Of a DNA stretch of 64,000 bases, positions 28,309 to 36,839 are shown piece by piece. The DNA is taken from positions 1 through 64,000 of the forward strand of contig JBDKRA010000021.1 in assembly GCA_039683615.1 (NCBI GenBank), in the 5' to 3' direction. A program made the translations under genes and the position numbers. The stretch is from Phycisphaerae bacterium (lineage in GTDB: Bacteria; Planctomycetota; Phycisphaerae; SM23-33). The notes under the pieces are model-generated. The model worked only from the letters and a program-made list of their open reading frames with translations. It was not told the DNA's origin and did not search any database. Position 1 is the stretch's first letter. The number at the start of each line of letters is the position of its first letter.

Positions 28309-29105
28309 TGCATCTGAATGCGGAACAATTTGAAGAGGCCCTGCTGGACGAGGCGCCTCACCGCGAGCACTTGGCGGGCTGCGCCCAGTGCCGCGAGGCG
28401 CTGGCGGGGATGCGCGCTCTGCGGGAGCGGCTGCGCACAGCGTACGAAGGCGTGCGGGCGCCGGCAGAGTTGGCGGCCCGCATTCGCAGGCAGACCGTCG
28501 GCATGAGCCAGCAACACGCGGGGCAAGCCTTGCCGTTGACGAAGCCGAGACGACACGCGGTGCGTTTTCCCCGCGTGTGGCGATATGCGTCGCTGGCGGC
28601 TGCGGCGATAGTGCTCGTGGCGGCGGGGTTGGTGATGCAACTTTGGCCCGCGGGTGCGACGGCTGCCCAGATCGAGCTGGCCCAGATCCATCAGCAGAAC
28701 GTTGCGGCGATGGCCGCCGGCGGCAGTAACATGCTCTGCGGCGACATGAGCGCGATGCGGGCCTTCGTCAAGGCCAGGACCGGCTGCTCGCCGCTGACGC
28801 CGTGCTGTGGGGCGGGCACCAACGTCGAGTGCTGCTGCGTGCAGAAGTTCCGCGGTCGGCCGGTGGGCTGCTTCGTGCTCAAGACGCCCAAGGGGCCGGT
28901 ATCGCTGGTGGTCGTGCCGGACAAAGTCGACACGCTGGGAATGACCACGTCGATCCAGGTCGACGGCCACGCCGCCCGGGGCAGTTCCGCCGCCGGCTCG
29001 AACATGCTCGCCTGCGGCGTGGGCGGCTACACCTACTGCGCCGTGGGCAACGTCGATCATTCGCAACTGGCCGACGTGATGGCCCAAGTCGTCAAGGGGC
29101 GCTAA
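28305..29105 (+). CDS. Anti-sigma factor with N-terminal zinc-binding (ZAS-like HxxxCxxC) domain, one TM helix, and a Cys-rich periplasmic domain
   Basis: Start ATGATG overlaps the sigma factor stop (28305). HLAGCAQC motif, TM segment YASLAAAAIVLVAAGLVM, C-terminal domain with CGDMSAM...CCGAGTNVECCC. Confidence 0.7.
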   Translation: MMHLNAEQFEEALLDEAPHREHLAGCAQCREALAGMRALRERLRTAYEGVRAPAELAARIRRQTVGMSQQHAGQALPLTKPRRHAVRFPRVWRYASLAAAAIVLVAAGLVMQLWPAGATAAQIELAQIHQQNVAAMAAGGSNMLCGDMSAMRAFVKARTGCSPLTPCCGAGTNVECCCVQKFRGRPVGCFVLKTPKGPVSLVVVPDKVDTLGMTTSIQVDGHAARGSSAAGSNMLACGVGGYTYCAVGNVDHSQLADVMAQVVKGR

Positions 29106-29146
29106 TCCCTAGGGCAGCCGCGGCCCGATGAAGGGGTTGAACGTTC

Positions 29147-29689
29147 ATGACCCGCGATGAATATCTGCTGCTGGACGACGAGGCCCTGATCGCGCAGTGC
29201 GATTTCCACGGCTATCGCGCCTCCGGACCCGGCGGGCAACGGCGCAACAAAGTCTCCACTGCCGTCCGGCTGGTGCATCGACCGACGGGGATCGTCGCCT
29301 GCGCCGAAGAGGCAAGATACCAGGCGGACAATCGCCGCCACGCCGTCTCGCGCCTTCGGATGCATATCGCCTGCGCCCTGCGGGAACCCGTCGAGCCCGG
29401 CGACCTGCGCGTGCCGGCGACGGTGAGCGAGTGCCTCTTTGTAGCCCGCGGCGGCCAGGCCGCCGGGTCGCTCCGCGTGGACGTCGGCCGACGGGACAAA
29501 CGCTTCTGGGCTGTCGCCGCATTCCTGCTGGACCTGCTCGAAGCCGCTGACGCCCGCGCCTCGGACGCGGCCGGGCGGATCGGCATCTCCACCGCCAATT
29601 TCACGCGGCTGCTATGCGAAGACAAATCGCTGCTCTCGGCCGCCAACGACATCCGCCGCAAACACAACCTCAAACCGCTGACGCCGTAA
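29147..29689 (+). CDS. arfB: RF-1 domain (GGQ-motif) peptidyl-tRNA hydrolase, ArfB/YaeJ-like ribosome rescue factor
   Basis: GYRASGPGGQRRNKVSTAVRLVH is the class-I release factor catalytic motif; protein is 180 aa and lacks codon-recognition domains. Confidence 0.6.
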   Translation: MTRDEYLLLDDEALIAQCDFHGYRASGPGGQRRNKVSTAVRLVHRPTGIVACAEEARYQADNRRHAVSRLRMHIACALREPVEPGDLRVPATVSECLFVARGGQAAGSLRVDVGRRDKRFWAVAAFLLDLLEAADARASDAAGRIGISTANFTRLLCEDKSLLSAANDIRRKHNLKPLTP

Positions 29690-29766
29690 TACAGAAACTG
29701 CTTGACGCTTCGCCGGGGCATGGATACAGTATGTGGCTTCGCACGGAACACTAATACGAGGTTGCC

Positions 29767-30006
29767 ATGAAGGCAGACATTCATCCCAAGTACATCGAAA
29801 TCAACGTCCGCTGCGCCTGCGGCGCGACGTTCAAGACCCGCTCTGCCGTTGGACACGACGTGCAGGTGGACATCTGCTCCAAGTGCCACCCGTTCTACAC
29901 CGGCAAGCAGAAGTACGTCGACACGGCCGGCCGCGTCGAGAAGTTCCAGAAGAAGTTCGGCGGCGACTACTTCAAGAAGCCCGTCGAAAAGAAAACCAAG
30001 AAGTAG
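29767..30006 (+). CDS. rpmE: 50S ribosomal protein L31 (Cys-containing, zinc-ribbon type)
   Basis: MKADIHPKY...CACGATF...[13 protein letters not shown]. Confidence 0.9.
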   Translation: MKADIHPKYIEINVRCACGATFKTRSAVGHDVQVDICSKCHPFYTGKQKYVDTAGRVEKFQKKFGGDYFKKPVEKKTKK

Positions 30007-30072
30007 CTGCGATATATTGAAAGCGCCGACGCGGACAACCCGTCCCTCGGCGCTTTTTATATGGACGCGTTA

Positions 30073-30158
30073 GATTGCGGATTTGGGATTTCGGATTGCG
30101 GATTAGAAAGACGCATCCGACGGGGTTTTCCAATCCGCAATCAGAAATCCGCAGTCGG
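30073..30158. repeat. GATTGCGGATT-type imperfect palindrome between rpmE and prfA
   Basis: gattgcggatttgggatttcggattgcggatt ... aatccgcaatcagaaatccgcagtcgg. Confidence 0.55.
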
Positions 30159-30161
30159 AAC

Positions 30162-31265
30162 ATGGCCAATAACAACACCACATTGCTGCAGAAGCTCGCC
30201 GACCTCGACCAGTTGTATTCCGGCATCGAGGCGAAGATGAACGACCCGACGGTCGCCTCGTCCGGGGCGCGCATCGTCGAGCTGTCCAAGGAATACTCGC
30301 GCCTGGGGCGGCTGGTGCTGCCGTATCGCCGCTACCTCAAGCTGGCCGGCGACCGCGACCAGGCCCAGGCCATCCTCGACGACCCGGCCTCCGACGCCGA
30401 CATGCGCGAGCTCGCCCAGGCGGAACTGGACGAACTGGCCGCCGGGGCCGACGCAGCCCTGGAAGAGGTCAAAGGCCTGCTCGTCATGAGCGACGACGAC
30501 GAGATCGATTCAGTCATGCTCGAAATCCGCGCCGGCACCGGCGGCGACGAGGCCGCACTCTTCGCCCGCGACCTGCTGGACATGTACCGCCGCTACGCCG
30601 AACGCCGCGGGTGGAAGTTCGAGACGCTCTCCTTCAGCCCCAGCGAAATGGGCGGCCTGCGAGAAGTCGTCGTCAACGTCAAGGGCGAGGGCGTCTGGAG
30701 CCGCCTGGGTTACGAAGGCGGCGGCCACCGCGTGCAGCGCGTCCCGGTCACCGAGGCCCAAGGTCGCATCCACACCTCGGCGGCCACGGTGGCGGTGCTG
30801 CCCGAGCCCGAAGAGATCGACATCAAGATCGACTGGGACAAGGACGTGAACGAATATGTCAGCCGCGCCGGCGGTCCGGGCGGGCAGAACGTCAACAAGG
30901 TCGAGTCGGCCGTCAAGCTCGAACATAAAGAGACGGGCATCACCGTTTCGATGCGTGACGAGCAGTCGCAGCACAAGAACCGCGCCAAGGCCCGGCGAAT
31001 CCTCACCGCCCGCCTGTACGAGCACTTCACCAGCGCCCAGGCCGCCGAGCAGGCTTCGACGCGCAAGACGATGATCGGCTCGGGCGACCGCAGCCAGCGC
31101 GTCCGCACGTACAACTTCCCGCAGAACCGCTGCACCGACCACCGCCTCAAAGGCGAAGGCGGCGGGGCCAACTACAACCTCGACCGCATCATCTCCGGCG
31201 ACCTAGACGAAATCGTCGACGCCCTCATGACCCACGACAAGGCCCAGCGGCTGGCCAATCTGTAA
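30162..31265 (+). CDS. prfA: Peptide chain release factor 1
   Basis: 367 aa from MANNNTTLLQKL. GGQ motif (SRAGGPGGQNVNKVESAV); RF-1-type tripeptide region (...RVPVTEAQGRIHTSAATVAVLPE...) consistent with PxT/RF1. Confidence 0.85.
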   Translation: MANNNTTLLQKLADLDQLYSGIEAKMNDPTVASSGARIVELSKEYSRLGRLVLPYRRYLKLAGDRDQAQAILDDPASDADMRELAQAELDELAAGADAALEEVKGLLVMSDDDEIDSVMLEIRAGTGGDEAALFARDLLDMYRRYAERRGWKFETLSFSPSEMGGLREVVVNVKGEGVWSRLGYEGGGHRVQRVPVTEAQGRIHTSAATVAVLPEPEEIDIKIDWDKDVNEYVSRAGGPGGQNVNKVESAVKLEHKETGITVSMRDEQSQHKNRAKARRILTARLYEHFTSAQAAEQASTRKTMIGSGDRSQRVRTYNFPQNRCTDHRLKGEGGGANYNLDRIISGDLDEIVDALMTHDKAQRLANL

Positions 31266-31366
31266 TTTCAATTTCCAATCTTCTATTTCCAATTTATAAC
31301 AACTCAATCGAGCGGCTTATGAGGTATCGTTCTTGTCATTCAATTGGAAATTGCCAATTGGAAATG
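31265..31366. promoter_or_regulatory. Inverted pair of TTTCCAATTTCCAATT / AATTGGAAATTGCCAATTGGAAAT motifs: prfA terminator plus leader of the fucosidase gene
   Basis: atttcaatttccaatcttctatttccaattt at 31265-31295 and caattggaaattgccaattggaaatg at 31341-31366. The same 26-nt string occurs upstream of leuC (36111-36140) and a related one upstream of miaA (53176-53192). Confidence 0.5.
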
Positions 31367-31389
31367 CCTTCCCGTGAGGAGCCCGCACA

Positions 31390-32688
31390 ATGAAGAAGAC
31401 CGCCCCCGCCAAGTACCCCTACGATCCTGCCCACGAACGCCGCATCGCCTGGTGGCGCGACGCGCGGTTTGGCATGTTCATCCACTGGGGCGCTTACGCC
31501 GTGCATGGGCGCGGCGAGTGGGCCATGAACGTCGAACAGATTCCGGTCAAGGAATATGAAAAGTACGCCGACGCCTTCAAGCCCAGGCCCAACGCCCCGC
31601 GCGCCTGGGCCAAGCTCGCCGCCGAGGCCGGCATGAAGTACATGGTCATGACCGCTAAGCACCACGAAGGCTACTGCCTGTGGGATTCCAAGCTGACCAA
31701 CTTCAACTCCGTCAAGCGCGGCTGCGGGCGCGACCTGGTGGCCGAGTACGTCGCGGCCGCCCGCGAGTACGGCATGAAGGTCGGCCTGTACTACTCGCTG
31801 ATGGACTGGCATCATCCCGACGGCGCCCGCTGCATCGAGAACAAGGGCGCCTACAAGCGGTTCATCGACTTCACGCACGGCTGCGTCCGCGAGTTGATGA
31901 GCAACTACGGCAAGATCGACATCCTCTGGTACGACCTGAGCTGGCCGTTCATGAAGATCGAGGAATGGCAGAGCGTCAAGCTCAACGCGATGGCCCGCAA
32001 GCTCCAGCCGGAGATTCTGATCAACGACCGCTCGCTGACGCCGGAAGATTTCGACACCGGCTCGGAAGGGCACGTCAAGGGCGGTCTGCCGCAAGGGCGC
32101 GACTGGGAGGCCTGCATGACCACCACCGGCTCCTGGGGCTATGCGGCCAGGGCCAAACCATCGCAGTACAGCACGCCGGCGGGCATCCTGGACACGCTGC
32201 GGGCGGTGACGGCCGGGGCGGGCAACCTGCTGCTGAACATCGGCCCCGACGCCAAAGGAAACGTGCCCGGCCCGGCCGAAAAGGCCCTGCGTGACGTTGG
32301 CGCGTGGATGAAGAAGTACGGGGCCGAGGTGGTTTACGGCCACGTCGACCGCGTCCAGGGCACGGGCCTGCGCGACTCGTACACCCGCAAGGGCGACTGC
32401 CACTATATGTGGCTGTTCAACTGGACGCCCTTCGAGCGATCCATCGGGCGCATCCGCACGAGGGTCAAAGACATCACGCTGATCCCGGGCAACAAGAAGC
32501 TGCCTTTCACGCAGACGTACGACCGGCTGCTGATCAAGGGCCTGCCCGAGAAGAACCCCGACGAGACAGTCGGCGTGCCGCTGCTGAAGATCCGCTTCGC
32601 CGGCAACCCGCGACAGGATTTCGCCATCGGGCTCAAGACGATGGCCTTCGAACGCAAAGCCGCCAAGGCGGCGGCAAAGAAGAAATAG
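31390..32688 (+). CDS. Alpha-L-fucosidase (glycoside hydrolase family 29)
   Basis: WWRDARFGMFIHWGAYAV...YMVMTAKHHEGYCLWDSK...VGLYYSLMDWHHP...ILWYD matches GH29 catalytic-domain hallmarks. Confidence 0.8.
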   Translation: MKKTAPAKYPYDPAHERRIAWWRDARFGMFIHWGAYAVHGRGEWAMNVEQIPVKEYEKYADAFKPRPNAPRAWAKLAAEAGMKYMVMTAKHHEGYCLWDSKLTNFNSVKRGCGRDLVAEYVAAAREYGMKVGLYYSLMDWHHPDGARCIENKGAYKRFIDFTHGCVRELMSNYGKIDILWYDLSWPFMKIEEWQSVKLNAMARKLQPEILINDRSLTPEDFDTGSEGHVKGGLPQGRDWEACMTTTGSWGYAARAKPSQYSTPAGILDTLRAVTAGAGNLLLNIGPDAKGNVPGPAEKALRDVGAWMKKYGAEVVYGHVDRVQGTGLRDSYTRKGDCHYMWLFNWTPFERSIGRIRTRVKDITLIPGNKKLPFTQTYDRLLIKGLPEKNPDETVGVPLLKIRFAGNPRQDFAIGLKTMAFERKAAKAAAKKK

Positions 32689-32690
32689 AG

Positions 32691-32840
32691 CTGGGAGAGC
32701 GGGATTACGCGGATTTACAGGATTAAGAGGATTAAGAAGAATCGATTGGAAACAACAGGAAGTGCGCTTCTCTTGCTTGCCCTCTCTTGTTGTCAATCCT
32801 CTTAGTCTTCTTAATCCCGCTAATCCCGCTCTCCCCGTCT
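32691..32840. repeat. About 150-nt imperfect palindrome whose arms carry the GGGATTAC..GGATTAAGAGGATTAAGA element (copy 2 and its inverted partner)
   Basis: 32696-32740 gagcgggattacgcggatttacaggattaagaggattaagaag; reverse-complement-like arm at 32796-32840 caatcctcttagtcttcttaatcccgctaatcccgctctcccc. Confidence 0.6.
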
Positions 32841-32857
32841 TCGACCCGGAGTTCAAC

Positions 32858-34060
32858 ATGAACAAGACCGCAACGATCCTGACGTGTCTGCTCGGTGTGA
32901 TCTTCTTGTCAGCGATTGCCGTCGCAAAACCGCCGCGAGCATCGGTCAAGTACGGCCCGGGCAAGTGGGCCTCGTCGCGGCCGAGCAGTTGCCCCTTCGA
33001 GCCTTCCAAGGAGATCACGGGCCTGGAGTGGACCGGGCGCATGCAGACCTACACCGACGCCGACACGTGGTACCCCTCCTGGGCGGCCGACGGCAATCTA
33101 TACTCGCCATGGACCGACGGCGTCGTCAACGGAATGCGATGCTATTCGGTGCCCGGGCCGCTCAAGACCGGCAACGCCGTTATCACCGGCGAGGACCCGA
33201 TGAAGCTGACCGTCACGCCGCTGGGCGTGATCAAGGCGCTGGCCGAGCCGTACCAGGGCCGCTATCCCTGCGGCAGCCTGGTCTACAAGGGCGTGTGGTA
33301 CTATGCCACGTATGCACTGGACAAGGCGACGTATCAGTGGGACACGCTGGGGCCGATGGTGGGCTTTCGCGTATCGAAAGACTTCGGCAAGACCTGGACC
33401 GAGACGCCGCTGACGCCCGCCAAGCCGCTCTTTGGCGAGTCGGGCAAGAACGGTGGCAAGATCAAGATGGGCACGCCGCACGTGGTAGACTTCGGCCGCG
33501 ACATGCAGCACAGCCCCGACGGCAAGATGTACCTCGTCGGCCACGGCGCGACGCGCAAGGACGCTCCGTGTACGTGGGTCAGCGGCGACCAGATCTACAT
33601 GGCCCGCGTGACGCCCTCGCCGGAGAACATCAACGACATCAGCAAGTACGAGTTCTTCGCCGGCCACGACGCCAAGGGCCAGCCGATCTGGGCGAAGGAT
33701 TTCTCGCAGATCAAGCCGCTGCTGGAGTGGAACGAGCGACTGGGCTGCGTGACGATCACCTACAACGCCCCGCTCAAGAAGTACCTGCTCTGCACCACCA
33801 ACGGCGGGATTACCGGCGAGGGCACGTTCGACACGACGATTCTCGAAGCCGACGCCATCACCGGCCCCTATCGCCTGATCGCCCACTTGCCGGCCTTCGG
33901 CGCCCAGGCTTACTTCCTGAACTTCCCCAGCAAATTCATCAGCCCAGACGGCCGCACGCTCTGGCTGTGGTACTCCGCCAACTGGCAGCACAAGCTGCCC
34001 GCCGACCCGCCCGGCTCGCGCTACGCCTTGTGCGTGGTGGAACTGAAGCTGCTGAAGTAG
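32858..34060 (+). CDS. Secreted hypothetical protein, possibly a beta-propeller / sialidase-like glycoside hydrolase-related protein
   Basis: Signal peptide MNKTATILTCLLGVIFLSAIAVA; repeated SPDGK / W-rich beta-strand motifs; sits next to a GH29 fucosidase. Fold assignment is tentative. Confidence 0.4.
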   Translation: MNKTATILTCLLGVIFLSAIAVAKPPRASVKYGPGKWASSRPSSCPFEPSKEITGLEWTGRMQTYTDADTWYPSWAADGNLYSPWTDGVVNGMRCYSVPGPLKTGNAVITGEDPMKLTVTPLGVIKALAEPYQGRYPCGSLVYKGVWYYATYALDKATYQWDTLGPMVGFRVSKDFGKTWTETPLTPAKPLFGESGKNGGKIKMGTPHVVDFGRDMQHSPDGKMYLVGHGATRKDAPCTWVSGDQIYMARVTPSPENINDISKYEFFAGHDAKGQPIWAKDFSQIKPLLEWNERLGCVTITYNAPLKKYLLCTTNGGITGEGTFDTTILEADAITGPYRLIAHLPAFGAQAYFLNFPSKFISPDGRTLWLWYSANWQHKLPADPPGSRYALCVVELKLLK

Positions 34061-34061
34061 A

Positions 34062-34640
34062 TCAGTTCTGCTTGCCTTCGATGACGCACAGCAGGATTCC
34101 CGCGGCGATGGCCAAGCCCGGCTCAATGCGGCCTTTCGCTTCGGGGGCGAAGTCCAGAGCGATCTTCATCACGAAGGGATTGAAGTTCTGCTTGAAGGAC
34201 ATCACGTGGTCGTCGCCGATGGTGCCGCGATATTTCTGCGGCAGGATCAGCGCCGCGAACTCGACGAACCGGCGAACGAGCGCCAAGGCCGCGCTGTCCT
34301 CGACGATCTTGCCGACCTCGTTGTCCTGGGAATCGAGAATCTGCCACTCGTCGCGCACGATGCTCTTGAGCCCGCGGCGGCGCAGGGCGCCGAGCTTACG
34401 TCCGGTCGCCGACTCGACCACGTCATAGGCGCTGGAGAAGTCGATGATCTTCCGCGCCTTGATCTGCATCAGCTCGTCGGCCCGCTGCTCGTCGCGATAG
34501 ACGCGGATGTCTTCCTTGAGCTTGAAGGCCTTCATGTGCACGAAAGCCGCCAGAATGCCCTGCTCGTCGGTCACGTGTACCTTGGCGCCGGCGAACGTCA
34601 GCACCTTCCTGCGAAGCTGATACCCGCTGTACTCGAACAT
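34062..34640 (-). CDS. Hypothetical protein (possible tubby/LURP-one-like fold)
   Basis: 192-aa ORF with coherent codon usage on the minus strand; no motif I can name with confidence. Confidence 0.35.
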   Translation of the reverse strand: MFEYSGYQLRRKVLTFAGAKVHVTDEQGILAAFVHMKAFKLKEDIRVYRDEQRADELMQIKARKIIDFSSAYDVVESATGRKLGALRRRGLKSIVRDEWQILDSQDNEVGKIVEDSAALALVRRFVEFAALILPQKYRGTIGDDHVMSFKQNFNPFVMKIALDFAPEAKGRIEPGLAIAAGILLCVIEGKQN

Positions 34641-34757
34641 GCCATGGCTCCTTTATACCCGGTGTCATGGCCCTCTGCCGCTTGCGGCTTGGCAGTTGTC
34701 TGGTAAGCAGAAGCTGCCAAGCCACAAGCGGCAAGTGGCACCATGCCACCCAATCTT

Positions 34758-36104
34758 CTACTTCACGTCGCGGGGGTCGGCGATGTGTCCGGCGATGGCG
34801 CTGGCCGCCGCTGTCAACGGACTGGCCAGATACACGTTGGCTTCCTTATGGCCCATGCGGCCGGGGAAGTTGCGGTTGGTCGTCGCCACCACGGTGATCG
34901 GTTCGTTCGCCCGCCCGAAGGTGTCGCTGGGCCCGCCCAGGCACGCGGCGCAACCGGCCTGTCCGATGTTGCACCCGGCGGCTGCGAAGATCTCTCGCAA
35001 CGTCTTGTTGCCCATCTTGCAGCGGTCGAGGTCCTGGTCGGTCTCGATGGTCGCCGGCACGATGAACGTGGGCACCTTGACCTTGCGTCCGGCCAGCACG
35101 CCCGCGGCGGCCATGAAGTCAGCGATCTTGCCGCCGGTGCATGAGCCGATGTACGAGCGGTCGATCTTGACGGACTTCTTCTCTCGCGCCAGAGCCCGCT
35201 TGTCGGGCGAGTGCGGACACGCCACGGTGGGCTCGAGCGTGTCGGCGTCGAGTTCCATCACCGAGGCGTACTTTGCGCCGGGGTCGCTGGCGACAGCCTG
35301 GAACGGCTTGTCGGTGCGGCTCTTGACGAACGCGGTAGTCTTCTTGTCGGCTGCGATGATCCCGTTCTTGCCGCCGGCCTCGATGGCCATGTTGCAGATC
35401 GTGCAGCGCTCGTCGATGTCCAGGGCCTCGATCGCGGAGCCGGCAAATTCCATCGCGCAGTAGTTGGCGCCGTCGACGCCGATGCGCCCGATGATGTCGA
35501 GGATCAGGTCCTTGGCCATGCAGTACGCCGGCAGCTTGCCGTGCACGACGAACTTCATGCTCGCGGGCACCTTGAGCCAGAGCTTGCCCGTGCCCAGCAC
35601 GAATCCGGCCTCGGTGTTGCCGATGCCCGTGGCGAACTCGCCGAAGGCCCCGTGCGTGCAGGTGTGGCTGTCGGTGCCCAGCAGCAGCTCGCCCGGGCGC
35701 GTGTGGCCCATCTGCGGCAGGGCGACGTGACAGACGCCGCGGTAGGGCGTGTTGGCGGCGTCCTTGTACGGCGCGGGGCAGCCGGTCAGGCCGCTCTTGA
35801 CGAAGTCGGCGTCGTAGAAATGCTTGAGACCCTGGCTGTGCGCGAAGGCCCGCAGGATCTCGATGTTGCGATGGGCCTTGGGGTCGGCGGTGAAGATATA
35901 GTGGTCGGGAATGATGACGACCTTGTCGGCGTCCCAGACGCGGGCGGTCTTGCCGAACTCGGTCTGGAAGATGCCGATGGTCCCGGGCCCGCAGACGTCG
36001 TGCGTCATCAGCACGTCGACATCGCACCAGATATTTTCGCCGGGGCTGACACTGCCGCGCCCGGCGTGGCGGGCCAGGATCTTTTCTGTGATGGTCATGG
36101 ACAT
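34758..36104 (-). CDS. leuC: 3-isopropylmalate (or homoaconitate) dehydratase large subunit, aconitase-family catalytic domain
   Basis: 448 aa from MSMTITEKIL. GTDSHTCTHGAFG and SYIGSCTGGK Fe-S ligand motifs, NRNFPGRMG C-terminal motif. No adjacent leuD in this window. Confidence 0.8.
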   Translation of the reverse strand: MSMTITEKILARHAGRGSVSPGENIWCDVDVLMTHDVCGPGTIGIFQTEFGKTARVWDADKVVIIPDHYIFTADPKAHRNIEILRAFAHSQGLKHFYDADFVKSGLTGCPAPYKDAANTPYRGVCHVALPQMGHTRPGELLLGTDSHTCTHGAFGEFATGIGNTEAGFVLGTGKLWLKVPASMKFVVHGKLPAYCMAKDLILDIIGRIGVDGANYCAMEFAGSAIEALDIDERCTICNMAIEAGGKNGIIAADKKTTAFVKSRTDKPFQAVASDPGAKYASVMELDADTLEPTVACPHSPDKRALAREKKSVKIDRSYIGSCTGGKIADFMAAAGVLAGRKVKVPTFIVPATIETDQDLDRCKMGNKTLREIFAAAGCNIGQAGCAACLGGPSDTFGRANEPITVVATTNRNFPGRMGHKEANVYLASPLTAAASAIAGHIADPRDVK

Positions 36105-36110
36105 AATCGA

Positions 36111-36140
36111 TTTCCAATTTCCAATTGGCAATTTCCAATT
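36111..36140. promoter_or_regulatory. AATTGGAAATTGCCAATTGGAAATTGGAAA motif in the leuC 5' leader, 7 nt upstream of the start codon
   Basis: Reverse complement of 36105-36146 reads ttcaattggaaattgccaattggaaattggaaatcgattATGtccATG. The 26-nt core is identical to 31339-31364 upstream of the fucosidase gene. Confidence 0.5.
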
Positions 36141-36362
36141 GAACAATCGCTATGCTAAGGCCTGGAGGCGCGGATATCAACGCGCGCGAGGGCAATTAAA
36201 GCTCAAGCGTCTCCAAAAGACGTGTCACAGCGCCATCACCCATGGCCGTACCGACGACGGCGGGCGATTTCCTGCGGAAAAAATCGCGCGTTATTGAAGG
36301 CCGCTGCAGCCCTTGCCGACGAAGTTAATGAAGCGAAGCTGGAACCGCCGGGAGTATTTATC

Positions 36363-36710
36363 ATGGTTATCGCAAACAGCTCGGGCAGCGAACGTCGTCG
36401 GCACGGCCGCGTGAAAATGGAAGACTGCTTCCAGGCGGTCCGTCTGGACCCCGATGGCGTCAACACGATGGACACCCTCTCGGGTATCGACATCTCACGC
36501 AGCGGTGTGGGGGCGTTTTCCAGCCGCTCGTACTATCCCGGTCAGCGGCTGGTGATCTGCCTGCCGGTTGCCGGCAATCACGGGCATCGCAATCTCTACG
36601 CCACAATCGTCCGCAGCAGCGGCGTGCAGGGCGGCTACGCGATCGGCCTGAAGTTCGATTCGGCCTCGGCCGACCAGTGGGTGGGCGTCAGCACGCTGGC
36701 GGCGGCGTAA
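36363..36710 (+). CDS. PilZ domain protein (putative c-di-GMP receptor)
   Basis: 115 aa from the internal ATG. RRHGR...DISRSGVGAF fits the PilZ RxxxR / (D/N)xSxxG signature. Confidence 0.55.
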   Translation: MVIANSSGSERRRHGRVKMEDCFQAVRLDPDGVNTMDTLSGIDISRSGVGAFSSRSYYPGQRLVICLPVAGNHGHRNLYATIVRSSGVQGGYAIGLKFDSASADQWVGVSTLAAA

Positions 36711-36713
36711 AAG

Positions 36714-36746
36714 CATTTCCAATTTCCAATTTGGAATTTCCAATCT
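36714..36746. repeat. TTTCCAATTTCCAATTTGGAATTTCCAAT motif copy between the PilZ gene and the WD40/TPR gene
   Basis: agcatttccaatttccaatttggaatttccaatc. Confidence 0.5.
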
Positions 36747-36839
36747 ACTCATTGTCGGGTGGGGCGACACGCGCTGTTGTTGCTGGCGGGTCCCCATGGC
36801 GCTACCGACAGTGACGAACTCTGCCTTCGTTGCTCTATA

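Noticed and set aside
31344-31559. 71-aa ORF starting inside the AATTGGAAAT repeat upstream of the fucosidase gene
   Set aside because: It is a translation of repeat sequence and overlaps the well-supported fucosidase start at 31390 in another frame.
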